DNA of 64,000 nucleotides from a virus (lineage: Duplodnaviria > Caudoviricetes), in the IMG/VR virus record IMGVR_UViG_3300032038_000037, positions 1 through 64,000 of that record; one strand, written 5' to 3'. A program made the translations under genes and the position numbers. Below are positions 8,791-18,701 of this stretch, piece after piece. Within the stretch, counting starts at the first letter, position 1. The number at the start of each line of letters is the position of its first letter. Below the pieces are notes generated by a model that saw only the letters and a list, made by a program, of their open reading frames with translations, was not told the origin of the DNA and ran no database searches.

Positions 8791-9252
8791 TTATTCTCCT
8801 TTCTTATATATAGCCTGCATAATAGGTTGAATATTATTCCATAAACGCTGCACTTCAGCTACATTATTCTTCATAAAATTACCTGCCCAAACAGTAGCTG
8901 CGCGCTCAATAGGGAGATTATAATAAAACTCGTCACTTAAACCCTCCTGATTAATAAGGAAATAATATTCTTCATATTCATATTCGTCAAAGTCATCAGT
9001 TGTTTCATAATGACCAATCTCATGAAGAAAACTCCAAAGAAAAATATCTGCTGTAATCTCTGGAAAAAGTTTCTTCGTAAAGTTAAGAAAAGATTTAGAA
9101 GAAGAATCAGTTACTAAAAGAGTATAAGCAATTGTATTCGACGCAGGAAGAAATGCGAAACTATCCCCTAAGAATACATCGCAATCAATATCATTTCGGT
9201 TAAGAAAATCTTTTAAATATTCTTCTAATGTATTGATATAATAGTCGAACAT
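8791..9252 (-). CDS. Putative HExxH metallopeptidase-like protein
   Basis: FLHEIGH motif plus downstream E (PIERAA). Confidence 0.6.
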   Translation of the reverse strand: MFDYYINTLEEYLKDFLNRNDIDCDVFLGDSFAFLPASNTIAYTLLVTDSSSKSFLNFTKKLFPEITADIFLWSFLHEIGHYETTDDFDEYEYEEYYFLINQEGLSDEFYYNLPIERAATVWAGNFMKNNVAEVQRLWNNIQPIMQAIYKKGE

Positions 9253-9307
9253 AATAAATTCCTTTCTATCTTTTCTATATATATTATATAAAAATTTTAA
9301 AAAAAAA

Positions 9308-11122
9308 TCAAATTAAAAGAGATGTTGTATTTAAAGAACTTATACTTGTCCCTAAGCTAACTGAAATATTTAAACTATTCAATATCTCTTGGCCTTTAGC
9401 TTCACCAATAGACGCATGAGTTGGGTATGATCTTAACTTTTGGATAAGAAACTCTGCAGTGTCTCCTCCTGCCTCACCACCAGAAATTGTAACATTAACT
9501 AACCTACCTCTATCTGTCGACATTCCTTTTATTATATTGTTTTGAATTTGATCTATAGCTTGTTGAACCAAATCTGCAGTTTCTTTCATTCTACCATTTA
9601 AAACATAAAACATATTTGAAGCTCCAGTTATAACTGAAGCTTTATCACCAATTGAAGATAAAGTTATTCCTAATAAATTTGTTACCTGACCTGCTAATAA
9701 TTTTTCTAAAGAACCCTCTAATTCTTTTTTAATATCTTGCGCGCTAGCTGGACCAAAAGCTAATTCGCCAGCACCTTCTCCTTTTGGCCTCCAAGCAGAA
9801 TCATGGTGTTGAAACCAAAGATTATTAGCTATAGCACCAGAAATATTACTTAAATCTATTCCATTTAATCCCATTCCTAAACTAGTATTAGATAAATTAT
9901 CAATAAACCCTAATAAATTTACAGAATCTTCAACTTTCCACCTAAAATTATCTATTTCTCCATTTCCTTGATTGGTAGTAAAACGAGATATAAAATGATT
10001 TTTGGATTGTGCGCGGGCAACTCTTTTTGATTTAGTATTTAATAACACTAAATCAGTTTGTGACATTTTTCCTGCTGCATGATAAGAATTCATTGGGGAA
10101 AGTAAAGAAACAGCACCCTTGCTTTTCAAAACTTGATTTACTGAATCTACTCCCTTTTCTTCTGAAAGATCTCCTATCTGTAAAGAAATAATAACAGTAT
10201 CTAAAGTTTTGCTAATGGCTTCCCTTACTTCTTCCCCTATGCTACCACTTACATTTGATTTATCTAACATTTTATTTTCATTTAAAGCCTTCTGCAACTC
10301 TGGTTTTAATCTTGCTATAAAATCTTCTATTGGTTTATTTAATGCATTTGGATCTCCACTCCACATAAAATGAACACTATTTTCAGCTTCTTTTTTCATT
10401 CTATTTTCTAATCTTTTACAGAAATTTGCTATAGCTTCATTTTTAGTTTGTACATTTGTAAATTGAGAACCTCTTAGTAATTCTGTAATTACTTTTTTAT
10501 AAACACCATTTGTTTTTAATGTTTGCGCTGCTTTAAAAACTTTATCTACTTCAGCAGTTTTTGCTTTTCGCCATTTAGTTTCTATCGTATTAACATCGAG
10601 TAAAGCACCCAACTGAGTAATGTGTGCACCAGCTTCAGAAACCACTATTTCCGTATTACTACCATTTAATGACGATATTATTATATTAGTTAAATCATTA
10701 ATATTATCGCCACCGCTTTGCAAATAAGTTTGTATAGTTTTACTCAATACAGTTTCACCAATTTGACCTGTTTTATTTTCTATAGCGGTATTTAGTTGAT
10801 TAGATTTAATCCTCTGATTTCTTGTTAATGATGATATCATGCTATAAGAATCTGAGCCATATAATACTCTATTTGCTAATTGATATAAAATCTCATTTGC
10901 ATTATCAGCTATACTTTGCGCACCTTCAATAGAAAAACCATCTAAAAACGCCTGTGCCTCAGCATGCAATTGTTCTTTTATAGATATTAATTTAGCTATA
11001 GTAGATTGAACATAAGTCATTCCATTTAATTCTGTTCCTGCAATACTATCTATCATGCCAACACCTACTGATAAATTAGCATTAGCTGCATTAGAATGTA
11101 CATAAGCACTAGTATTTGCCAT
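9308..11122 (-). CDS. Large hypothetical protein (possible virion/ejected protein)
   Basis: About 604 aa ORF; GGAGG RBS before MANTSAY; no recognisable motif. Confidence 0.7.
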   Translation of the reverse strand: MANTSAYVHSNAANANLSVGVGMIDSIAGTELNGMTYVQSTIAKLISIKEQLHAEAQAFLDGFSIEGAQSIADNANEILYQLANRVLYGSDSYSMISSLTRNQRIKSNQLNTAIENKTGQIGETVLSKTIQTYLQSGGDNINDLTNIIISSLNGSNTEIVVSEAGAHITQLGALLDVNTIETKWRKAKTAEVDKVFKAAQTLKTNGVYKKVITELLRGSQFTNVQTKNEAIANFCKRLENRMKKEAENSVHFMWSGDPNALNKPIEDFIARLKPELQKALNENKMLDKSNVSGSIGEEVREAISKTLDTVIISLQIGDLSEEKGVDSVNQVLKSKGAVSLLSPMNSYHAAGKMSQTDLVLLNTKSKRVARAQSKNHFISRFTTNQGNGEIDNFRWKVEDSVNLLGFIDNLSNTSLGMGLNGIDLSNISGAIANNLWFQHHDSAWRPKGEGAGELAFGPASAQDIKKELEGSLEKLLAGQVTNLLGITLSSIGDKASVITGASNMFYVLNGRMKETADLVQQAIDQIQNNIIKGMSTDRGRLVNVTISGGEAGGDTAEFLIQKLRSYPTHASIGEAKGQEILNSLNISVSLGTSISSLNTTSLLI

Positions 11123-11218
11123 CTCTATTCCTCCAAAAAAATAGGGGCAATCAAAAGATCGCCCCAAAAAGATATATTATAAAAAGTCAACCCGTTTGGG
11201 AATAAGACTTGGATTGCA

Positions 11219-12052
11219 TTAATTATCTAACAAATTACTTAATTCTGCAACCTTCGATCTCTCTGTAATAGGTAAATCAACATAACCAAATAACCTATTC
11301 CCTTTAAGTCTATCAATCATATAACTTAATCCTTCTGAAAAATTTTTACCTAAATCAGATTGCCTATAATCTCCTGCAATCCATAATTCAGAATTTTCTC
11401 CAACTCTTCCTAGTAAAAGCTGAATTAATTTCGGGGTTAAGTTTTCGGATTCATCTGAAAAAATTATCGCATTTTTTAAATCCCGTCCTCTTATATAATT
11501 AAGAGGTAAAATTTCTAACTGTTTAGACTCAATGAGATGAAGTAATCCATCTTCACCACCTATATGATCTGCAATAGGCATAGCCCATACTATTGTCTTA
11601 TCCAGCGCGGACCCAGGTAAATGTCCAATATCGGGTACGCCTTTAGGTGAAAGTCCATTTCTAACAAAAATTATCTTATCTTTATTTCCACTCTCAAGAC
11701 ATTGAAGCGCCGCATTAATCATAAAGAAAGTTTTTGCTGAGCCATAAACACCAGTTAAAACTTTCACAGGAATAGATGAATCATTTAATAAACTAATTGC
11801 TAATGATTGGTGTAGATTGCGCGGCTTGATAATTCCATACCAATTGTTATTAATCACCGTATGAGTAATTCTTTTTAATTCCCCATCTTGGTTTAAATAT
11901 TTATCTACTATATTCCCATTATCATCAGCAATTAATACAAACTCGTTCTCTAATAAATAAGTAGAATTTTTTAATTGCTTACTTTTATAAAATTCAGCCA
12001 TTTCTTTTTCGCTAAAAGAAATAACTTGATAGCCTTTATAATTATCTGTCAA
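11219..12052 (-). CDS. phoH: PhoH-like ATPase
   Basis: GVYGSAKT P-loop variant, IGHLPG, YIRGRDL, DESEN, RVGENS, GDYRQSD. Confidence 0.9.
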   Translation of the reverse strand: MTDNYKGYQVISFSEKEMAEFYKSKQLKNSTYLLENEFVLIADDNGNIVDKYLNQDGELKRITHTVINNNWYGIIKPRNLHQSLAISLLNDSSIPVKVLTGVYGSAKTFFMINAALQCLESGNKDKIIFVRNGLSPKGVPDIGHLPGSALDKTIVWAMPIADHIGGEDGLLHLIESKQLEILPLNYIRGRDLKNAIIFSDESENLTPKLIQLLLGRVGENSELWIAGDYRQSDLGKNFSEGLSYMIDRLKGNRLFGYVDLPITERSKVAELSNLLDN

Positions 12053-12063
12053 TTGCGCGCCTC

Positions 12064-12684
12064 CTAAAACAAAATATCTATATCCTCCACAATCTCATCG
12101 ACAACTTTCTTTTCCAACGCTAATTGCGCACGAACATAGAAATCAGAAGTAATCTTTTCTGCCATTTCTTCTTCTGTAAAATCTGTTCTAGATACAACGC
12201 TTTGCACTAATAAATTTAATTGTTGCTGGTAATCTTCTATTAAAGACAATACATCAGTAGCATTTCCGCTGAAACCTATGCTTCCTTTATGGAAAAGAAA
12301 ATAAGCATTAGGTAACATAAAACGTTTATGACAAGATAAAAAAATAAATGCACCTGCGCTCGCACAAACACCCATATTAATACCATAAACTGGGGTTTTG
12401 CTTAATTCGATTACATCAGCAACAGAATTATAAATATCTAACATTCCCCCCTGTGTATAGAAAAGTAACTTAATCGGTTTTCTTTCTTCAACAGGTAAAT
12501 CTTTATCATTTCTATTCCAATAAGTAATATATTGGATAACGTTAAGCGTAAATAAATTTATCTCATCACTAATCCAAATTGTCCTATTTTGTAAATCAAT
12601 ATACTGATTTAAAAGGTCTGGATCAGGAAGAGATAAATTGTCTAATCCACCAGGAATGATAACTGGTTTAATAATATCACTCAT
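12064..12684 (-). CDS. clpP: ClpP-like serine protease subunit
   Basis: RTIWISDEI, YTQGG, GVCASAG (catalytic Ser), FLFH motifs. Confidence 0.8.
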   Translation of the reverse strand: MSDIIKPVIIPGGLDNLSLPDPDLLNQYIDLQNRTIWISDEINLFTLNVIQYITYWNRNDKDLPVEERKPIKLLFYTQGGMLDIYNSVADVIELSKTPVYGINMGVCASAGAFIFLSCHKRFMLPNAYFLFHKGSIGFSGNATDVLSLIEDYQQQLNLLVQSVVSRTDFTEEEMAEKITSDFYVRAQLALEKKVVDEIVEDIDILF

Positions 12685-12782
12685 AACATACTCCTTATAT
12701 ATTAACATCTATTTCCTAAATATAAGTAGAGTTAAGAGCTGCAAGGTACGTTCTTTTATTTAAAAACAAAATGCCGAAACTT

Positions 12783-12995
12783 TTAAGTTTCGACATTTAT
12801 GTCTTGTTTTCCACAAAGTTCACAATATGCAATTTTTGTATCAGTATAACAATTATCAACAACCTGATAAGCTGTACACTTATCGCCTATACAGTTTTCA
12901 AATTCTTCTACGGCAATCCATTCTAATGGATAACCTCCACCAGTATTTCGACCAGAATTATATATGGTTCTTTTAAGAAACGGACACCTTTTCAT
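12783..12995 (-). CDS. Small Cys-rich hypothetical protein
   Basis: MKRCPF...ENCIGDKCTAY pattern. Confidence 0.6.
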   Translation of the reverse strand: MKRCPFLKRTIYNSGRNTGGGYPLEWIAVEEFENCIGDKCTAYQVVDNCYTDTKIAYCELCGKQDINVET

Positions 12996-13119
12996 TCTGT
13001 CTTTTCTTCCTTTCCCATTTTTTAATCAAATTTGCATTTTGTACAGGATTCATTCTCAAACGCTGAAGGCGCGCCTCGATATATTCTTTTGTTGAAGTGA
13101 GTTTCATTTTGTCTCCTTT

Positions 13120-13689
13120 CTACCAGTTAGTTGCACAATCACATAAGGTTGGTGGAGTACTCCATCCACCAGTATCATATACTTTTCCATATTTACCAAA
13201 TGGAGTTGCTAATACCTTTCTTACTTTTTTATAAGAAACGCTTGAACCCAATACTATATAATCGTTCTTATCACAAAAGAAACCGTTTTTATCTAAATGT
13301 AATCCAGGCACTGGAAGACTCCATATGGGTAATGCGCGCGAAGTATAGTAAGTGTATTTGCGCCCATGCCAATGCACTGGTCCACGTGTATGAAGGTATT
13401 TAATATAATATTGGCTACGCTTTTTACTTGGTAATTTTTCAGTGTTGAGATATTTTTTCACAACTGAAAGCTTTTTATTCTTATAAATAATGCGCGCCCA
13501 TACTTTTCCTTCTTTAATAAGTTTAACTCTTGTATTACGTGATACTTTATAAATTATTTTTCCTTTTGGCTTTTCTCTTAAATTTACTTTAATTGTTGTA
13601 TATCTATATGTACCACTAGCTTCAGCTTTAATTGGTAGAATTGCTATAACTAGTGCTACAATTAATATAAATTTTATATTTTTTTTCAT
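13120..13689 (-). CDS. Secreted SH3b + 3D-like cell-wall-associated protein (paralog of 18702-19331)
   Basis: Signal peptide, VNLREKP SH3b-like region, TPFG..GKVYDTG C-terminus. Confidence 0.6.
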   Translation of the reverse strand: MKKNIKFILIVALVIAILPIKAEASGTYRYTTIKVNLREKPKGKIIYKVSRNTRVKLIKEGKVWARIIYKNKKLSVVKKYLNTEKLPSKKRSQYYIKYLHTRGPVHWHGRKYTYYTSRALPIWSLPVPGLHLDKNGFFCDKNDYIVLGSSVSYKKVRKVLATPFGKYGKVYDTGGWSTPPTLCDCATNW

Positions 13690-16655
13690 TTATTTCCCCT
13701 CATGTCTGCTCCGCAATTTGGGCAGAAATTTATAAATTTAACTGTATGTGAATCATATTCTGTTCCACATTTTGGGCATTTACAATGTGGTATATATTCA
13801 GTATAACCGTCATGTTTAATTTCTTCGTACCAACGTACCCACTCACCTCTTACGTTCTCTCGAACATCGGCGGCTGGCTGTGCGTCAAGCAACTGCGCTA
13901 TACCCATGAGTGTCAATCCTCTTTCGTGACTGTTGATGTCGTGAACAATCGGATATGCTACCTCATATACCTGTTTAGCGAACTTGTCAGCGTCAATGTA
14001 TTTCATGTATCTGCTCTTTCTCCGTGACTACAACCAAACAAGAATCCTGTAATATCTACAACTTTATCATTATCATATTGGTTAACCAATACCTCTCGCC
14101 CGCATTCCTCTTCATATATGCAATCCTCACACCTTACGACCTCAACAAGATCAGCAGTCGGCGTCTTATTAATGACATCTTCCCATACACCTTTCTTCTC
14201 AACGCCTGTTTTGTTTAGTATTGTGTATTGGTTCTCGTTGGCGTCAATGTGTCTGCTCACCATTTCTCCTCCGTTTCTCCGCTTTCAAAAGTCTCTCATG
14301 CAGGTGTTTAATCGCATAGAACAGATCAAGCATTTCAAAAATATCTTTAATGGTCACTACTTTTACCTTCTAAAAACATTATGCTTAACGCTATGCATGC
14401 TATTAAGATAACCAAGTCGCTTGTATTCATTCAAATCTCCCTTCAATAAAATATGATTCTATCGACCATCTTGCCATTTGCTTCCGTGTACGCATATAGT
14501 ACATGGCTCCTGATGCCAATCGTTCAAACACCAACGACAAGTAGGGCATACACGGAGTTGATCGTCCTCATTACCCAGTTCTTCTTTTCTCTTTCCTTCA
14601 CTACAATAATCGTTTATAGCTACAGCTCTATTTAATCCTTTTTGATTTTCACACGTTAAACAACTAAAAAAGATATATTTAACTTGTTTTGCCCATTTAC
14701 ATTCTTCACATTTTACAATTTTTTTAGAATCAGCCATAATTATTCCTCGAATCACATGTAATATCTGGTACTTTCCAAGTTGGATGAGGTGTAATAGTTA
14801 TGGGATTATTTGGTGTTGCCCACACGCCTCTACCATCAGCTTTTCCTTGCTCATATGCGTCATCAACAAGTTTTTGTAAATCTTCTTTTGTAATTAAAAT
14901 ACCACCATCTTTTTCCACCGCAATAATAACTATTGGTTTCATTCTTCTTCTCCTTTGTATGGTTCGGGAAGTGGCATCCATGCTACTGGCTCTGAATTAT
15001 AAAGCCATTGTCCATTAAGCCAAGCGTTCCAATCAACTATCCATTCACCCCAGCCATCATTGGTAACTAAATATCTACCATCTTTTTTTGGTAAATGTTC
15101 TTCATCACATGGAGTCCATTGCCGCGCAGATGGTAATTCTTTTAAATCAGAGATATATGATTCAATTAATCTAAGTTCCCATTCAAATATTTTGCGTTCA
15201 ACACCAACAATATCCGTATCATCCAATACACGTTTCAATAATTCCGCACCATCATTAAGCAAATCAATTGCCTGTTGTCTGCTGATTAAATCATTCATCG
15301 TGTTCACCTTTCAGTTTTGAAAAATCTTTCATCACTTCTTGTATTCCATCTCTCACGCCGTCCGAATAGCCTCTCATATACGGATTATACTTTGTATCTT
15401 GAATAAACCATATAATACCCATTGTTATAAGACCGCAAAAGAAAGCAATCGCTTCACTCATTTTATTCTCCTTCGTTAAAGTTCCAAGTTTTATCGTCTT
15501 GACCGTAAATATTTTGATCGCCGAACATAATCAGGTTGTATTGATGCGCTCTCTTACTCGCTTCTTTCATGTGATGCTCACAATTTACCATACACCGTAG
15601 TTTATTCTTGCAATCACATGTTTTGCACTCTTTAATGTGTATCAATTCATTCTCCTAATTTTCCTTTATCAGCTGTTCACCTCTCATATCTGCTTTGTAT
15701 GGTTCAGGTAGCGACATCCATGCGATGACTTTATCGTCCTGTATAACGCCGAATCCCATATCTCTCCAATTAACCTTCCCGCTTCTCGGGTCTGTCATTC
15801 TGATAGCAATAGCGACACACCATTTATCGCCAGATATTTTTGACGGTTTTTTGCTGATTAGCACATAGTCTTCGTCCGGCAACCTCTCACTGCATGGAAT
15901 CCACTTCGATTCTGGCTGTGCGGATGGAATGTTCTTCAGACTCCCAATAACACACTCAATTGCTTTTCTTTCACGCTTGTCATTCTCTTCAAAGTAAACG
16001 GCATCAATCCACTCCTTCGCTTCATCAATCGCCGCCTGTCTGCTAATTAGATCATCCATCTTCTTTCTCTCCTCTCAACCACTCGATAACTGCGAGTCTT
16101 GAATCTGTATAAGCAAGTCCAAATTTTAACAGCAACCAGCATAGAAATTCGTACTGTTCTTCTGGTGTCTTACCATAAAGCTCTTGTTCAATACGGCTTA
16201 TCTCTGACTGTGCGGATGATAAAGATTTGATTGAATTACAAGCGTCACATATAGCTGAATGAATATCATAATCACAGTCTACTAAAGATTGTACAATATT
16301 AAGTGCATCTTTTTTCTTAATATACTCATCCATTGATACTCTCCTTTAATAGCTGCGCATCTCTCAAATCTGCACCGCAATGTTTACAGAATTTATCTTC
16401 ATAATCAATAATTCCTTTACAAGCAGAACACTCATGATGAGCTTTTTGTCCTTCTTTACCAGTATAGACAATGACCTTCTTGGCTTTAATATTCTCACGA
16501 GCCTCTGTTGTAGGCGGCATAAGTAATATTTTTGTTTTTAAATCTCTTAAAGCTCTTGCAATTAACCAGTGACTAAACCTATTTTCAATAATAAATTCAT
16601 AAATCACTGTTAATACATCTTCTTTTTTGACAAAATTTTTCATTTTTATCACCAT
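13686..16655 (-). CDS. Cluster of about 10 short overlapping ORFs of the 'DLISRQAAID' / zinc-ribbon / DUF551-like type
   Basis: ORFs 13686-14006, 14003-14263, 14459-14755, 14730-14981, 14939-15307, 15463-15645, 15655-16059, 16052-16333, 16326-16655; motifs WIPCSERLP, AWMPLPEPY, FCPNCGADMR. Confidence 0.75.
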
Positions 16656-16680
16656 TTCTTTAAATTATACTTCATGTTTT

Positions 16681-16906
16681 TAGGCCGGGTGTGCAGTTTC
16701 AATAAGGAGATTTAAATCTCCTTATTAATCAATCACACGCATCCTCTTCCGGGTTCAACGATTCGTAACTGGGGTAGCTTACGCGGATTTGTGTCTGGCA
16801 TATAGCTTCTGTCGTCCACCGCCGCCCTCTGTGGTGTCTCCCCACTGCTTCCCTTTCCCGAGGCTAACATTGTCTTTTCGACTTTTAATGCTTGTCTACC
16901 GACCTA
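16681..16906 (-). ncRNA. Candidate structured ncRNA (about 225 nt), family unknown
   Basis: Terminal stem TAGGTCGG...CCGGCCTA, GC-rich interior, no ORF, at the distal end of the tRNA array. Confidence 0.55.
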
Positions 16907-16907
16907 A

Positions 16908-17037
16908 AAATGAAGGTAAGGATTTGCACCTTACATGACTTCCCTGCTATTTTAACCTCCCCTTCAAAGTTTTTCTCTCGTTTGCAACCGAGTGGAAGTC
17001 CATGGGAGAAAGCGTCTACCTATTCCGCCACTTCATT
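16908..17037 (-). ncRNA. Long tRNA-like RNA 1 (anticodon arm replaced by an insert)
   Basis: Acceptor AATGAAG/CTTCATT, Leu-type D arm TGGCGGAATAGGTAGACGC, T arm GTAAGG-TGCAAAT-CCTTAC. Confidence 0.75.
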
Positions 17038-17043
17038 CAAAAA

Positions 17044-17131
17044 CGGAGCCTGAAGGATTTGAACCTTCGCGCGATTTCTCGCCTACATCCTTAGCAGGGA
17101 CGCCCCTTCAACCAAACTTGGGTAAGGCTCC
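17044..17131 (-). tRNA. tRNA-Ser(GCT)
   Basis: Cloverleaf with long variable arm; loop CTGCTAA. Confidence 0.93.
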
Positions 17132-17154
17132 AACTTAATTTTATAAAACTTAAA

Positions 17155-17227
17155 TGGCTTAGGGCGGAATCGAACCACCGACGCAGGAATTTTCAGTCCC
17201 TCGCTCTACCAACTGAGCTACCAAGCC
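17155..17227 (-). tRNA. tRNA-Phe(GAA)
   Basis: Cloverleaf; loop CTGAAAA. Confidence 0.95.
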
Positions 17228-17231
17228 TTAG

Positions 17232-17305
17232 TAGGCGAAAATAGATTTGAACTATCGACCTCGGAGTTATCAGCTCCGCGCTCTAACCACCTGAGCTATT
17301 CGCCT
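17232..17305 (-). tRNA. tRNA-Ile(GAT)
   Basis: Cloverleaf; loop CTGATAA. Confidence 0.95.
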
Positions 17306-17347
17306 AGAGTGAGCTGTGAGAGATTCGAACTCTCGACCGCTTGATTA

Positions 17348-17949
17348 CTTTACCACATCGTTTTTACATTGTGGTCTGGACTTTCTCTTAACCATAGAAT
17401 TATTCCGTAGGTTCATCGTGTAAAGTCTCTACACATAAGGTTTTTTCAAATGAATAATCAGAAGCAAGTGTAATATTGGATTGTTTGTTTTTTGGTAAAT
17501 CTTTTCTAATTTGAATAACTTTTCGATTACCTATTACTTCAATAGGAATAAGTACAATTTCATTCCATGGAGCTAAATAAAAACACATATAGTCTACTTC
17601 ACTTTCATAAGTGTGATGTATCCCATATTTTGTATGATAAGTACTGCTAGAACATGGACAAGAAATTGAATTATTTTCAGTTATTTGGCTACAATATTTA
17701 ATTTGAATTTTATTTAATTTTCCATTAAATTCTGCAATTAAATCATATCTAGCATTATCACCAAAAGGAACCGATACTTGTATTCCTAATTCTACAAATT
17801 TTGCTAATGCAATAGCTTCTCCAATATTACCCTTATCTTTACTATTCATTCTCCTTCCTCTTGCTCGGGATTAGCATATCATAGACTTAGCTTTCCCCGA
17901 ATTAGCGATGTTTTCACTCATAAGTTTCCATATGAGGCTCCTAATTTTA
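17348..17949 (-). mobile_element. Group I self-splicing intron
   Basis: P1 with U.G at the 5' splice site; core elements AATTCGGGGAA, AATCCCGAG, GTAGAGACTTTA, AAGAGAAAGTCC; terminal G. Confidence 0.88.
17400..17849 (-). CDS. Group I intron-associated PD-(D/E)XK homing endonuclease (I-Ssp6803I-like)
   Basis: KGNIGE...PFGDNARYDLI...KIQIK motif; lies inside the intron. Confidence 0.85.
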   Translation of the reverse strand: MNSKDKGNIGEAIALAKFVELGIQVSVPFGDNARYDLIAEFNGKLNKIQIKYCSQITENNSISCPCSSSTYHTKYGIHHTYESEVDYMCFYLAPWNEIVLIPIEVIGNRKVIQIRKDLPKNKQSNITLASDYSFEKTLCVETLHDEPTE

Positions 17950-17994
17950 AAAGTCAAGTGCTCTACCATCTGAGCTAACAGCTCATTTGCATAA

Positions 17995-18067
17995 GGTGAC
18001 CGATGGGATTCGAACCCACAACATGTGGATCCACAATCCACTGCTCTACCAGTTGAACTACGGTCAC
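17995..18067 (-). tRNA. tRNA-His(GTG)
   Basis: Cloverleaf; loop TTGTGGA; C73. Confidence 0.93.
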
Positions 18068-18069
18068 AG

Positions 18070-18143
18070 TGACTCCAGTGGGATTCGAACCCGACATTAC
18101 GGCCTTGAAAGGGCCGTGAACTGACCATTTGTTCGATGGAGCC
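18070..18143 (-). tRNA. tRNA-Glu(TTC)
   Basis: Cloverleaf; loop CTTTCAA; bulge in T stem. Confidence 0.88.
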
Positions 18144-18341
18144 ATATGACATATCCCTCTAGTAGCCTATAAGATATGTCAAATTGTAGTTTAAGGTCTA
18201 GAGCTACCCTGGACCATAGGACTAATTATCATTAAAACCACCAGAGCGTTTGATATATAAACCTATAGAATATACGGTGGGGCGAAAGCTGTCGCATAAA
18301 CGTGAATATATACCCCCTCTATGGGCGCATTTTAATGATAA

Positions 18342-18414
18342 CGTCCCAAAAAGGATTCGAACCTTTGACACACGGCTTAGAAGGCCGTTGCTCTATCCCC
18401 TGAGCTACTGGGAC
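18342..18414 (-). tRNA. tRNA-Arg(TCT)
   Basis: Cloverleaf; loop CTTCTAA. Confidence 0.95.
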
Positions 18415-18417
18415 AAA

Positions 18418-18493
18418 TAGAGGTGGCGGGATTCGAACCCGCGATCCCGTGATCCCAAATCACGTATCCTAAGCCAAACTAGACCACACCTCT
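18418..18493 (-). tRNA. tRNA-Pro(TGG)
   Basis: Cloverleaf; loop TTTGGGA. Confidence 0.93.
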
Positions 18494-18499
18494 TAGTTA

Positions 18500-18688
18500 T
18501 TACATAAAACGAAAATAAATAAAAGTGGCTATTAAAACTAATAAGTAACTAATCCAAATCGGAGAAAATATCCAACTCCACGCCCAATCAATAACATTAC
18601 TTAATTTTAAAACAATAAAGACTATTGTCAACAAATTTATAAATAATATTCCACCATATGCACACGCAATATATTTGTCATCTTTCAT
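18500..18688 (-). CDS. Small membrane protein (two TM helices, IDWAWSWIFSPIW)
   Basis: Common phage transmembrane motif. Confidence 0.75.
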   Translation of the reverse strand: MKDDKYIACAYGGILFINLLTIVFIVLKLSNVIDWAWSWIFSPIWISYLLVLIATFIYFRFM

Positions 18689-18701
18689 TTCATTTTCCTA
18701 C

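Larger units (their letters stand above)
17310..17984 (-). tRNA. tRNA-Lys(TTT), split by a group I intron (exons 17950-17984 and 17310-17347)
   Basis: Joining the exons gives a canonical cloverleaf with CTTGA-CTTTTAA-TCAAG anticodon arm. Confidence 0.9.

Noticed and set aside
16681-16906. RNase P RNA
   Set aside because: The 3' ACCCGGCCTA is suggestive, but the GAGGAAAGUCC P4 partner is absent
17871-18152. 93-aa ORF and other ORFs over RNA genes (22387-22599, 23065-24137, 25351-25884)
   Set aside because: They overlap tRNAs or structured RNAs, lack RBSs and have atypical composition
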